DNA of 56,576 nt, counting the filler, from Sphacelaria rigidula (lineage: Eukaryota), in assembly GCA_964200075.2 (NCBI GenBank). It is 7 parts of 7 records of this genome, joined end to end, with 100 filler letters (N's around TTAATTAATTAA, not from the genome) between each part and the next. Parts side by side here need not be neighbours in the genome. Positions count along the whole stretch, not along the records: positions 16,195 to 24,191 come from CAXNAA020012704.1; positions 24,292 to 32,288 come from CAXNAA020012705.1; positions 32,389 to 40,384 come from CAXNAA020012706.1; 4 more parts are not named here. One strand, given 5' to 3'. This document shows, piece by piece, positions 21,425-34,400 of this stretch (within the stretch, counting starts at the first letter, position 1; each line of letters opens with the position of its first letter). The position numbers and the translations under genes are program-made. The notes beneath the pieces were generated by a model. The model was not told where the DNA came from. It ran no database searches and worked only from the letters and a program-made list of their open reading frames with translations.

Positions 21425-24400
21425 GTAGCAGTCAAACGGGTCGACACGGGTGGGGGGGGTTAACACATGTCTTGTTCGATGAGAGTCGTTCCGGAAATCG
21501 AAAGCGAAGGAAAAAAAAAAAAAACGGGGCGAACAGGAGCAAGTCTCAAAAAAGGATAGTGAAATGCCTGCCGTGACACAATTACAAGAGGATTACGCGG
21601 GCCCCCGCGCCTCAAAAGCGTGGCGTGATCGTGCCCCACGTGGGTCTGTCTGCCTCAGTCCACGGCGTGTGATTGATCCTTGACAGACAAGCGTGCCCGT
21701 GGGTCTGATTTCTTGAGAAGCCATGATCAAAAATCTAAATCCAACGTAGATCTCGATTTTAGAGAAGCGATCGGTATCCAGCGTTCACCCCGGCGAAACG
21801 GAGACGGTCATCTCGTCGGGAACCGCTTCAAAATCAGAACCAGAATCACACTGATTGTTTTTTTTCTTCTTTCTTTCGATTTCGTTCACATTTGAGTCCA
21901 CTATGTCGTTCTGTTTGACTTTTTTTTTGCTTCTCTTCTTTTTCTTCAGCAAGTGAGTGTTTCAGTTCAGTTTTTCTTGAGTACGTCCATCATGAGACCA
22001 TGGCTGGATCCCTGGGGGGTCGGTTAAAGTGCGATAATCAATCAATAAAAGATGTTGATCATGATGATGACGACGAAACAGCCCGCGAGTGGTGGCAACC
22101 ATTCCACGTCTCCTTTCGCATGTTCATTGAATTTGACCGTCCTCTCTCCCAAAAAACAATTCGAGCATCACCAGTTTTGGGGACGGGGTGTGGTATCCAA
22201 TCGTTTTTGTGTCGGAAAAATGTGCGGTGGAATCGAACTGGTCCGTATCTGATACATCCACGTTATTTATTCTCTCCGATGGTTGAGGACATGCATAAAT
22301 GCCGGGGCAGTATCAGATACGAACGAATCCGATTCCACCGCACGTTCTCGACACAAAAACGGGACGATGAGACACGACCCGAGAAAAGGAACAAGAAGGC
22401 GAAAGGGAACGTGAATTGGTTGCCACACCCAGGCTGTCCCGTCTTCCTCACAATCTGATCGTTCTCACTACTTCTGTCATGAGAAAAAGTCGACCTTGCC
22501 TACCGACGGGAAAACAAAAAAAAAGCGAACATGAGAACGAGACAACATGCGAAGACAGAAAGTGCGTCACACGCAAGTACTCGCGCTGCAGCCTTCACGG
22601 CAACCATTCATCACTCCTTTTCACAACATCATCGAAATGTTCGCCCGTTCTCATAACTATTGAAGAAGATAAATAAATTCGATGAGCGTGGTTGTGACGG
22701 CAATCATTTTGGAACAAGTACCCCCCACGAATCAGGAGGGTAAAAAAATATTAAAGCGCCAGTCTCATCCTCATTCTCCCGATGTCATCATATTTCCAGG
22801 TTCCGTCTTACGCCGTGTCTCCGCACACCACCGTTCGATAAAAAAAGGAGGGTGAAAACAAATATTCCGATCCGATAGGCATTGATTTCAACCATCTGTA
22901 AAATCACAAGCTGTCAGATCAGAGTTTTCCTTTTCCAGCGCTCATTCCCGATCGAAAAATAAAGTGGGAAGACACGCCCTTAACGAAACAAAAGAAAATG
23001 AAAGCTCACGGCGAGAACGAGAGATACTGGCTGTTTTTTTTTTTTTTCGTCCCTGTGATTGCTGGAGGGCGAATGCCTCATTTACATCGCCCCCGAAATC
23101 ACCCTCGCAAGAAATAATCATGTCCGAAATTGAAAAAGTGAGAACGGAGGAATAACCCGATGAGAGCGAAAGGGGCGGAAAATGATTGCCACGCGTGGGG
23201 CTGTTCAGCTCATCATGCGATGGCGGCCACCAGAGTTATGAAAGAGGGGCCAGGCGATTTCCGGTTCGAGTGTGGTTGCGTTTCAGATTGCGGTTGCCCC
23301 TTCCATCCTTTGTTCGTTCTCGCGACGGCCACACAGCATAGCATACAGCTGACTGTTGGAAGCGGCGTTTTATTCGAAGATGTTCGCTTTCTTTTCATAA
23401 TTTTGTACTTTTTTTCGGTGCTCGGTTCTTTATAGTTTTTATTCTTCCATCATCCAGCATCATTGTTGCAAGAAGAGTCAACCACAACCTGGACAATAAA
23501 TAAGACTTGTCAAGAAGTGTGCTGTATATACAGTTTCGACTGTCGCGTCTTTTGCAACAGATAACATATCCCATACTGTACGCAGTACATCTTTCGACAG
23601 TGATATTATTTTGTCCAGGGTGTGCAGTCAACCCCGGTGCATATTCCACAAATCCACGGTTGATCATGTACATGATTCGAGTGCGTACACGGAGATTCGG
23701 ATCTTGAGTAAACTGACAGTCTCGAGTGCTCCCAGCGTGCTTTGAGGGAACTTTTTGTTCACATCGGAGCCGCACGCGCTGATTCAAGGTCTGTCAACGC
23801 ACATTTTGCCTAGGGTCCTCTTTGCACGCCCATTGTCCACGGGTTCCGGATTTTATTTGGACCAAAGTATCGAGATATGTCTCTCCGTACATCGCGGATT
23901 TTACTCGTCGTGACGAGTGGATCAACGAGAAAAGCATCCGACCCAGCCGTTGAATAGATGGATGGCCATCTGCGAGCACCTAACCCCCCCTTTGATTAGA
24001 CGATGAAGATTGCGGCCCAACAATTCGTCTCCGTCGATGATATGATGGCTATGAGACAGCTAAACTAACCCCCTTCAGCGCCAGAGGTGTCCACTTGTGC
24101 CATCGGCATGATTGTTCACTCGCTAAAGGGGGGCGGGGGGCGGGGGGGGGGGTGTACTCATGATCATGCATGCCATAGTCATCAGACCATTNNNNNNNNN
24201 NNNNNNNNNNNNNNNNNNNNNNNNNNNNNNNNNNNTTAATTAATTAANNNNNNNNNNNNNNNNNNNNNNNNNNNNNNNNNNNNNNNNNNNNCGCCTCATA
24301 TTGGCGGCATTGGCTAGAACGAACCCAAGCGTGGGAATGCCCAGCTTCTCGTTGTGCTCGGCTTTTCCCATTTTGATTTACGTGAAGATTTTGCCTCCCG

Positions 24401-25396
24401 AAACCATGCACTTTCTTGAGGGGGCTATCGTAGAAAGTGTCCCTGGTGCAAACCAGAAAAGACACTCCATCGCCGCGATGGCCATACTCAATTCCCAAAC
24501 GCAGCAGGATGAGAAGTCAAATAGGCTGACTACTTCTGGCATCATTTTTACGAATACGAAGCAGATGTGACAACCCATCACGACAAACATGCATCGGCGA
24601 CAGCCAAGCAATGCTTAATGCTCTCAACGCGATGAACACGTCCAACGGCACACAGTAGAGGAACAGCTTTCCTACCTACATACAATGTTGCCCCGTTCGG
24701 CGAGATGTCCGAATCCGAAGCAACATGCAACTCGTGTCAACCAAGTCATTTACTCGGTAGACCACGTACTGCACTTTTCAGCCTACTCTCGACAGCGCCG
24801 ATCGTCTTCTTGTCCAAACACGCACAACGACACCACGCATGTACAGCTGCGACAAACTCAGCCGGTACGGCAATCCGTGACCTGTTCAATGTACGAATGG
24901 AGTCGTATGCATTCACATCTTCGAGAAGGCAGATCGCGTCCCGCGCAACTACCGCGCAAGCTCGCTCCAGGTGTCTACCTCAGCATACTCTTCAGGTGCC
25001 TCCTTAGCATGATTCTCGAGTATAATAGGTATTTGGAAGGCCGTGGCGAAGAGAGCAGGTTGTGTCGACTAACACCTGCACGCGCTTGATGGACGAAAGA
25101 CCTTTGGGAAATAAACAATATCTGCACAAGATGTGAGAACGCGCCAAGTTGTGGCTCCCATACTTGATTGCCAAATCTGCGTTGTATGCTTAAATTTGCA
25201 TCCATTAGGAGTCGACAGACGGGCCCTGGCCATTCTTTGTTCGACACCAGTTGCATCTCCACACATGATGTTGACGCCCCCAACAAAGCGATCAACCAAA
25301 GAGCAGATGAAAGTTGGCACAGCCCAATATCCTACACAGTCTTGAATGGATACCCGCAAGGCAACAAGAGTCCTTTGGCAACCACCACCACAGCGC

Positions 25397-27526
25397 TCAC
25401 ACACTGCCATCACGAGTAGCAGCGAATACTCGTGTTGCAGTAAAGCCAGGAAAATGGTGCGATGAGATGCTCATCTCTGACTTCACGTTCGTCACCCCCT
25501 CGCACACCAGAACGCCCGAGGTAGTCATGCTGCGGGCAAATTGCTCCGTGAATATTTCACCAGTCGCACGAGTGAGCTCAGCTCCCTCTGTGGTGCTTCT
25601 CTTCGAAGCCTCACCATGGTTGGACTGCCGCATTCTGCCGATGCGTGACCGTCTTGGATATTCTTCACTTTCATTCGACGCTTGCACAGCTATCTCTAGC
25701 TTCACCTTTTTCGCGCAAATCGCCGATTGTTCAAAACGGCAAGCTGCTGATCGCACATTTCTCCTGGAGCGGACGCTCGCCATCTCGTCCAGGGCGTGCT
25801 GTGAGCAGAAATCCACCTTCTTGCTTCCCGCCGACCCAAACGACGCTGTCTTGAAGCAGCCCCCTCTGGAGCACGTCTTGTTCTTGACACCCACCATTCC
25901 GTCTTCGGCATGCTGTAAGCAGAACTCCGCCTTCTTGCTTCCCGCCAACCCGAACGATGGTATCGTGAAGCAGCCCTCTCTGCAGCACGACTTGTCCTTG
26001 ACATCCACGATCCCGTCTTCGGCATGCTGTGAGCAGAACTCCGCCTTCTTGCTTCCCGCCAATCCAAACGATGGTATCTTGACGCAGCCCTCTCTGCAGC
26101 ACGTCTTGCTGACGATATTTACCATCCCGTCCTGGGCGTGCTGTGCGCAGAATTCCGTCTTCTTGCTTCCCGTCAACCCGAACGACGGTATCATGAAGCA
26201 ACCCTCCCTGCAGCACGTCTTGTCCCTAACATCAACCATCCCGTTCTCGGCGTGCTGTGAGCAGAACTCCGCCTTCTTGCTTCCCGCCGACCCAAACGAT
26301 GGTATCTTGAAGCAGCCCTCTCTGCAGCACGACTTGTCCTTGACACTAACCCTCTCGTCCTCGGCGTGCTGTAAGCAGAACTCCGCCTTTTTGCTTCTCG
26401 TCAACGCAAACGACGCTATCTTGAAGCAGTCATCTCTGCAGCACACCTTGTCCCTAACATTAATCATTCCGTCCTCGGCGTGCTGTAAGCAGAACTCCGC
26501 CTTCTTGCTTCTCGTCAACGCAAACGACGCTATCTTGAAGCAGCCGTCTCTGCAGCACGTCTTGTCCCTAACATTAAGCATCCCGTCCTCGGCGTGCTGT
26601 AAGCAGAACTCCGCCTTCTTGCTTCCCGCGGACCCAAACGACGCTATCTTGAAGCAGCCCTCTCCGCAGCACGTCTTGTTCTTGACATCCACCATTCCGT
26701 CCTCGGCATGCTGTGAGCAGAACTCCGCCTTCTTGCTTCCCGCCGACCCAAACGACGCTATCTTGAAGCAGCCCTCTCCGCAGCACGTCTTGTTCTTGAC
26801 ATTCACCATTCCGTCCTCGGCGTGCTGTGAGCAGAACTCCGCCTTCTTGCTTCCCGCCAGCCCAAACGACGCTGTCTTGAAGCAGCCCCTTCTGGAGCAC
26901 GTCTTGTTCTTGACATTCACCATCCCTTCCTCGGCGTGCTGTGAGCAGAACTCCGCCTTCTTGCTTCCCGCCAACCCAAACGACGGTATCTTGAAGCAGT
27001 CGTCTCTGCAGCACGTCTTGCTGACAACAATGACCATCCCGTTCTTGGCATGCTGTGAGCAGAACTCTGCCTTCTTGCTTCCCGCCAGCCCAAACGTCGC
27101 CCGCCTGCAGCAACGCTCCCTGCAGCACGTCTTCTCCCGGATATAAACCATGTCCTCATGCGCGTGCTGTGAGCAGAACTCCGCCTTCTTGCTGCCCGCC
27201 AACCCCAAATAGGCTCGCCTGGAGCAGCCCTCTCCGCAGCACGTCTTCTGCCTCACATGAATCATCCCGTCCTCTGTGTGCTGTGAGCAGAACTCCGCCG
27301 TCTTGCCTCCCGCCAACCCAAACGACGGTATTTTGAAGCAGCCCTCTCTATAGAACGCCCTGTTGTTGGCATTAACCATCCCGTCCTCGGCGTGCTGTGA
27401 GCAAAACTCTGCCTTCCCGCTTCCCGCCAACCTTGAAGAAGCTCGCCTGGAGCAGTCCTCCCTGTAGCATGCCTTGCGTTGAACATCCACCATCCTGTCC
27501 TCGGCGTACTGTGAGCAGAACTCCAC
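25397..27526 (-). CDS. EsV-1-7 cysteine-repeat protein: 15 38-aa CCCH repeats plus a ~120-aa tail
   Basis: Unit CCREGCFKIPSFGLAGSKKAEFCSQHAEDGMVNVKNKT in an uninterrupted 709-codon ORF. The ORF-track start is GTG and the first in-frame ATG is at 27493, so an upstream exon is possible. Confidence 0.88.
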   Translation of the reverse strand: MEFCSQYAEDRMVDVQRKACYREDCSRRASSRLAGSGKAEFCSQHAEDGMVNANNRAFYREGCFKIPSFGLAGGKTAEFCSQHTEDGMIHVRQKTCCGEGCSRRAYLGLAGSKKAEFCSQHAHEDMVYIREKTCCRERCCRRATFGLAGSKKAEFCSQHAKNGMVIVVSKTCCRDDCFKIPSFGLAGSKKAEFCSQHAEEGMVNVKNKTCSRRGCFKTASFGLAGSKKAEFCSQHAEDGMVNVKNKTCCGEGCFKIASFGSAGSKKAEFCSQHAEDGMVDVKNKTCCGEGCFKIASFGSAGSKKAEFCLQHAEDGMLNVRDKTCCRDGCFKIASFALTRSKKAEFCLQHAEDGMINVRDKVCCRDDCFKIASFALTRSKKAEFCLQHAEDERVSVKDKSCCREGCFKIPSFGSAGSKKAEFCSQHAENGMVDVRDKTCCREGCFMIPSFGLTGSKKTEFCAQHAQDGMVNIVSKTCCREGCVKIPSFGLAGSKKAEFCSQHAEDGIVDVKDKSCCREGCFTIPSFGLAGSKKAEFCLQHAEDGMVGVKNKTCSRGGCFKTASFGSAGSKKVDFCSQHALDEMASVRSRRNVRSAACRFEQSAICAKKVKLEIAVQASNESEEYPRRSRIGRMRQSNHGEASKRSTTEGAELTRATGEIFTEQFARSMTTSGVLVCEGVTNVKSEMSISSHHFPGFTATRVFAATRDGSV

Positions 27527-27699
27527 GTTTCTGCAGGCATAACGTTTTCACCCTCGTACAGTATCCGACGACGGCCGTTCCAAATAACACTTACTGCTCA
27601 GATTCACCTACTTTGCCATTCATTCCACTGCTCCACCTGACGACAGGGTAAACACGAAAGTAACATGCACATGTGATCAGTGTCTAGTTTCACAGATAT

Positions 27700-28450
27700 C
27701 GCCCTGCATATCAGCGCGACAGGTCAGCGGTATCAGCCGGCTGCCAACTTTGTCTACCTTCGTGCTGCCAGCGTGGATGCGGAGGTTTCTATCGAAATCA
27801 ACCGCCGCATCAGCGCAGCGTGGGCACGTCTCCGACAGTATCGTTCCCCACTCTCCGATCATAACAACGCCCAGCTATCTTTGGAAGTTCGGCTGCTCAA
27901 AGCGATAGGTGGCGGAAGGTCTTTCGAACGAATGCGCCACATAGGCCGGGCGTTCCGAGGACTCCGATAGTCTGCGCACTGCCCACCACCAGCTTTTGCT
28001 ACACGTGGTTGGGTTTTGCAGGAAAATCGAACGGGCTGCAAGACTCTTCCGTACAGAGCCGTGCTCAAGATGATCATCTGCAAACGTACCGCAGCATCAA
28101 CTGTGGTTCGCGGGGGCCCTTGTCCTGCAGAACGAAACGCGGCTTCCCAAACGCATCACCATGGACTGCCAGCCGCAAGAGGGCCTAAAGAGGCTGGCTG
28201 CCTCCCCAAACACTATGGGGACAACCTCCACAAGATACCTACGTGCACTAGAAGCTTTACCACGCATAGGAGCGCGACGGAAATGGTTCGTCTACGGTGC
28301 AAAGGTCAACACGACTAGGTCACTGCGGCGAAGGCAAATGGCATGTTAGAGTAGAGAAAAGGGGCGGAAAAGATCGAGGACACGTGGCGACGCGAAGACA
28401 ACGAGAATTGGACCGCCACAAACGAGGGCCTGATGCGTCGGGGGCCGCCG
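27700..28450 (+). mobile_element. Degenerate RTE-like LINE fragment (RT C-terminal part)
   Basis: NFVYLRAASVDAEVSIEINRRISAAWARL...LSLEVRLLKA resembles the non-LTR FxYLG...EIxxRIxxA motif. The continuation is frameshifted. Confidence 0.7.
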
Positions 28451-31400
28451 ATTGGACAACTACCCTCGCTTGCACAGTAAGAATCACAGCTGCGACAAAT
28501 CCAAGATGGAAACGACCGAGAGAAATACCCGCTTCGTGCCTAGGTAGGAATGAATGCGAGAAATTGGGCAAGCATGTAAACCGATTAGGCTTAACCCTCT
28601 TCGGACTGAAGCTCACAAACAATGGGTTCACCGTGTGTTAGTAAAATGATAATGAACAAGTCTAGGAGCGACCTCTTTAATCAGGGCGAGGCGAAATTTA
28701 TCGACCACATCAGAACGATCGGTGGGGGGGGGCTGTCGCCGGGAGTGATGTCACTGCAAAGTTGGTGTACCCTGTCTCTGGCCCACAGAAAAGCCTTCGA
28801 AGCAAAAGAAACCCCAAGTTGTCGGAGTTCGAATTCTCGATTTTTCCATCATTTATTTGCATTTTATGTGGACCCGACCTCCCATCCCCCGATTTGTTTT
28901 CGGGTCACCATCCTATAGTAAACCCTAGTTGATAACACAAACACGTAGTAGTTAGTGTACCTTCTATATATGTGGTCGTGTTCACAAGGCGACTGAATGT
29001 AGCAACGCTGTGGGACGAGAGACGGAGCAAGAGGAATAAGTTTTGCGTATCCTTCTTTCAAAGCGGTACAAGGGGTGGTGAGGTTGTATGTAACTGACAG
29101 TAACGAACAAGCTGTGCATAGGCAGCTGATCTCCGTCGCGGAGAACTGCCCAGAACATGTGAGGGAGTATGCAGCGGCAGCTGCTGCTGCATTCGGAAAG
29201 GCGTGTTGCACTGTACTATATCTGCGGCGCAACGCCCATGCCGTTCGAAGAGAATTTGCCGCTTGCAACAAGGAGGGAAATCGCGGCCCACCTCGGCCAC
29301 AACGGGCTGTGTGGCGAGGTGATACAATGACACAACATAAATCTTTGCGATATCATGCACGTGGAAAACGCAATGATACGTGGCAATCATGAAACTGTCG
29401 AACGAAACACGCATGTTTGAGGCGCCTTCTGGCACAGAATTACCTTGTGCTCTTCAACCCGCTCCCGTAACGTGAAAGGCTTCGAACTTACACACGCAGG
29501 TTGTCATGTGAAGAAGTCGGGGATGTGAAGGCGATTCCACGTCCTCACTCAACCAAGTAACCGTACGAGCACTGTGTCGGCCTCAATATTATTGTCACAC
29601 GTGGAGAGTCAACTCCTGATAGATCTATGACGTACCCGCGGATGTACAAGGTACTTGTGATGTCGGCAGAAATAACTGTAAACTTTACCTACACCCTGTA
29701 TATTTGGAGCACATACATTGGCGCGATCTGCGTACATGGCCACGCTGCATTCAAGTAATCAATGATAGCTCTATTGCACCTAGCTGGGTCATCGGTGTTC
29801 ACTCAAATCCAGGAGTAATACTTAACCCGCCACACTTTGCTGGGGAACACGTGGGCCAAGCCCGTTGGCTTCATGACAGGTATCGATTGAGCCAGGTACG
29901 GGGCGGGGGAAGCATGTGAGTGAGTCTTAGTTTCACAAAATATGAAGCAAGACATGCAAGGTTGGTTACGACGCCATAGCTCGACACCCACGACAATTTA
30001 GAGTGGATGGGTTCGATCGATGGCCTTGACTGCAGCATCATTTCTCGAAGGCCACTGATGAATAATTTTCAGCACCGGAAGGCGATATATGTTCGTCCCA
30101 CCTGCAGAAGGTACAGACTGCCTCCTCTACGTAGACAAACGAGCGTGATTCGAGATTTTGGCTCGAAGACACGGAGTAAGAATCTCAACTCTTGGGAAGA
30201 GAGGAGCATCAATCATGTAGGCCATCACAGCAGTTTTTTCCCCTGTACTTTCTCGGAGTTGGGTCTATTGGACTTGAATTCCGAGAAAAAACAAACGCCC
30301 TTCTTACCTCAAAAACAAGATAGAGGGAGGAGTTTTTCGATCGATTACAATGCATTTTTCTCCATGTATTTCAGGTTTACTATTTTGACTTTCGAGCGGA
30401 AAATATCAAGATAGTGTGTAGATTCTCGAAGGTATGAATCCCATTCATGAGTGCAAATACTTCCCCCACTGTATGCTTCGGCGGTGGCTTTCGGCGGACG
30501 ACCTGTTGGCAGGTTGAAACAAGCATATTTATCCTTCTCTTGATGTCAGCTACGCGTCCACCAGTTTTCGATGCAATCGGCGAAAATTGGAGTATCACCG
30601 TTTCTGTACCAAACCGCCACCAATGGGTACCGCCATTAGAAAGTATTTGGTATCCCAGGATGTCGTGAAATGATGAGCCTCGATGACGGATCAGAGCGCG
30701 CGGTGCACTCAAGGTTGGCGGTGGGCATGCAGGAAGCTCACTTGTTGTGTTGTTCTCTGCTGCTGAATGTCGTATTCGCACCGGAGACCTTTATTGGGTC
30801 AAGCAGTGGAACCACCCTGTGGGTGTGGGCTATCGCAAGATCCTGTCATCGTGTGAAAAAGTATCAACATGGCCATTCTTCAAAGTAGCATAGCCCCGCC
30901 GTCGCGATGGTCAACGCTACCGGGACCGGTTCAATGGCAAGCCCTACTGCCGGGCATCATTTGCTCCTGGGACACTCTTGGACTCTTCATGCTGGTGGCG
31001 CTAAATATCGCCAACATCATCGAGCCGAGCCGCCGCTGATCGGTCGATCCCAAATTCGAATTATGGAGCTTGTCCAGTTCGTCGGACGAAGAAAACAAAC
31101 GATGTCAGCATGACAAGCAGGAACCATCGCACACGCAGTGTACACACACGGACAGTCACGGCAATAAGCAGGGTACCTTCTACAAAAGTTGTACCGGACC
31201 GGAAAGCAAGCCAGTGTGGGAGTTGGGTCCATTCGGCACTTTCTGTCTGGCTATGCTGCTGCTGCAGCACGAGTACCCCCGGCTGCTTCTGCGAACCAGG
31301 TAGCCATTGACCAGGAAACACAGGTGTCACCCTCACTCTGCGTACGTCTCTGGACGGCGCAGATCGTCTGGAGTGGAGTTCATGCCCGCAGTCAGTGTGG

Positions 31401-34400
31401 GCACAACGCGGTAGTGCCGTACTGTGTGTGCACCACATCATACGGACTTCAGACAGGTACCGCGAAAAATACTGTAAAAAACTGCCGACAGGTTATGACT
31501 GCTGGTAAGTACATACGCGGGGCCAATGTAATGAAAGTACGCGAAAACCATCAATGTTCAGGGATGTTCTCGCCAAAAAGCGCCAGTGCTTCCGTCGGCC
31601 ACCCAATTTTTTTTTCCAACACTTCCAAACGTCATCGTATTTTCGTAGGTGATGATGGATATCGCGGTTTTTCGGGCCCTACGCTGCGCACGTGACTCCT
31701 ATTTCTTCACAACAAACACAGAACGCAACAAGTAGGAACGATTGCAGAAGCGGTTAAAAGGTACTGACATACATGGAGTGCATGCGTAATCGATACTTTG
31801 TGGCACATTCCGGCGGCTTGGGACGAGGGAAGGCAGACGTTATCCCTTCTCCGGTGTTAAGCACACCTCATCACGGACCACCTCCGTGGTATTTCGAGAG
31901 GCTGCTGTTGTCATCCTACACTGATCCCCACCTTACTAAGACATCGAATATAATCTTGGAAGCATCAGCGTTCTATCGCAAAAGGTTTGGCACAATAAAC
32001 GTATCTCGTCAATTAAGCGTCTTGGTTAAAGTTCCATAACGTGTCTAAAACATGGCTCAAAGTACTCAATGACCCAAAAATTGCCTCGGCACAGCTACAT
32101 TCGGAATATTGCTGCATTGACATCAAAAGCAGGAATCGCCTGGGCTATGGAGTTGCCTGAAATAGGGAAGATATAGACATGAAGCACACAGCATGGACGA
32201 TCCACTGCAAAAGGTTTGGCTGGAATACGTCCATGAAGACCGACGCCCAGATGGGTAGGGTGATTCGTGTACAGAGTCGAGCTAGGGGNNNNNNNNNNNN
32301 NNNNNNNNNNNNNNNNNNNNNNNNNNNNNNNNTTAATTAATTAANNNNNNNNNNNNNNNNNNNNNNNNNNNNNNNNNNNNNNNNNNNNCAAACCGCTCAG
32401 TTCTATTTTGAGAACACGTTGAGGCTGAGAAAAAAAAAATACCTACCGAATGCCGTGTTTCCAGAGGCAGTACCAGCGTAGCTGGCGGTACTTATTTCAG
32501 TACCGCGTAGTTCGCTGAAATAGCCGAGTCGGGGGTCGATGACGTATCCTCGTGCAGGTAAACAGTCAATAAGTGTACAAGCGCAGCCGTAATTCAAGTA
32601 TGTAGTGCAGTACAACCGCAGCGTACAAAGCCCCAGGCAGCAAAATGCTGTGTGGCACAGTACAGTACATATGATCTTCGCGTGGGGTACCGGAGGGTCG
32701 ACAGTGCAGTACGATGTCAATTTGTTCGTATCACGTGAAGAAAACCCGATACAGCGCTATACCCGCTTCGTGTTCATATCTACAATGCAATAGAGGTGAC
32801 TTCGTTCAGATAGTGCAGCAGAACCCAACGTATGCTACAGCACGATACCTCACCGTCTGCAAGATATGACCCGCTGAGGTCATTTTTATTTCAAACGTTG
32901 CTGTACTGTTGTCAGTACTTCAATTCGAAACAATATGTCAACGGGAAAGGTACGTGGCCTTCTGGACGATCAAGTATGTACTGTAGTGTGTGTTGGTGGG
33001 GCGGCAATCGAACTGTAGTATACCCTGGTGCCGTGTGAAAGTGAAAAGAGTACAGAGTCGAGAGCTTGTGCACAAGTAACATGAGCCTTGCGGGTCACCG
33101 TGGTCAATCATGCTCGTGTACATGCAACATCTTCAGTCCCGGCCCATCATGTCGCATCGATGTAATTCGGTGCGCATGGTTGATCAACGTTCCGTGTTTG
33201 GAAGAAAACTCGTCTGCGCAGCGGGCGGCGGTTGAACTAGGTCGCGTAGTCGTTACCTGCAAGCATGATTCGGTGTGTGTTGGGACACATGTCGGTCGAT
33301 TCGGTTGAGACCAGATCGACGGACTGTGAGTAGGGGCGGTCGCGGGGTGTATGGGGGGTGGTTGATTGTGTAGCAAAAGAAGACTTGCGTGTGCGCTTGT
33401 ACGTGGAGCGCCTTGTGGTTCGGTCGCCATTGCCCGAGACCAACGTGGGTACTGTATGACACATCGAAGACCTGCAGCTAACTCGAGTCGAGATGTCTGT
33501 CAAAGTCCGAGTAAAAAAGAGAACAGCTATCTAAGAAGCTGTCTAATTACCTTGGGGTATTACACCGCTAAATCGTGTACACAAATATCAAGTGGAAACA
33601 GGGGCTGAAAATACAAGGTTTTTGCGAGAAAACTGTGAGCTGGTGTTTGGCTGCGTGTATACAGCAACCGATCGAGAAAGAAAAACCGTACAGCTTGAAT
33701 GAAACAAGCTACCTCTGAAGCCCCACAATGTGGCAGTATAGGCAAATACCGCAGTAGTAAAACCGTGTACGCCGAGCGCAAGCAAGCCACACCCTTGTGA
33801 GGTGTCGGCATGCGATCCTGGATTGACTTGCTACGCTCAAACTGTTGTTTCAGTCTCTCAATCCAATAGCCTAGCTGTCAAAGGGGAAAACCATTCAGCC
33901 CCAAAGCCAGAAAACAAGTAATAATTGTGGATGAGGGTAGAAGTACAGCACAGCTTAGACTCACGTCAATACTGTGGCTCGCGACCGTGGAGGCGGAGAG
34001 ACCGAGGATGGTAGGTGATGGGAAAAAGCTTTTCTTTATCCAACAGGTGCTTGTAGGCTGCGGTCGGTGTGTTCGAGTGGACAGGTGGGTAGAGTAGCTG
34101 TTCTATCGATACCGTCCGTCTGCCCCGCTTACAATCTCGGCGTAATGCAAAATCCCCGTGACGTGCTGTGCCTTTAGCCGATCAAAGCTGTAGCAGCAGC
34201 AGGTACACGCGGCTAATCGGGTACAATCCTGTATCTACCTTCAAGCAGCTGTGTCACCGATAAAAGGATCGAAATCCTGCCTCATACAAACACACATTCG
34301 ACTAGAATCTTTCCATACCCGCCGGTCGTTTCTAGGGACCATCTGCATACCCACAAAGAACTAGTTTAAATTCAGGCACTCAGTCATTTACCAACACACA

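Noticed and set aside
25314-27146. 610-aa plus-strand ORF, and similar antisense or alternative-frame ORFs over both arrays (e.g. 11445-12641)
   Set aside because: These are shadows of the stop-poor 114-bp tandem repeat. The CCCH frame is the recognisable one.
11547-27526. Convergent EsV-1-7 gene pair as a cluster, or gene 2 nested in the GFAT intron
   Set aside because: They are separated by artificial linkers between size-sorted contigs.
30900-31700. pogo/Tigger-like DDE transposase (IVCFLRPTNWTSSIIRIWDRPI, minus strand)
   Set aside because: Only one weak motif resemblance, with no TIRs or continuous ORF.
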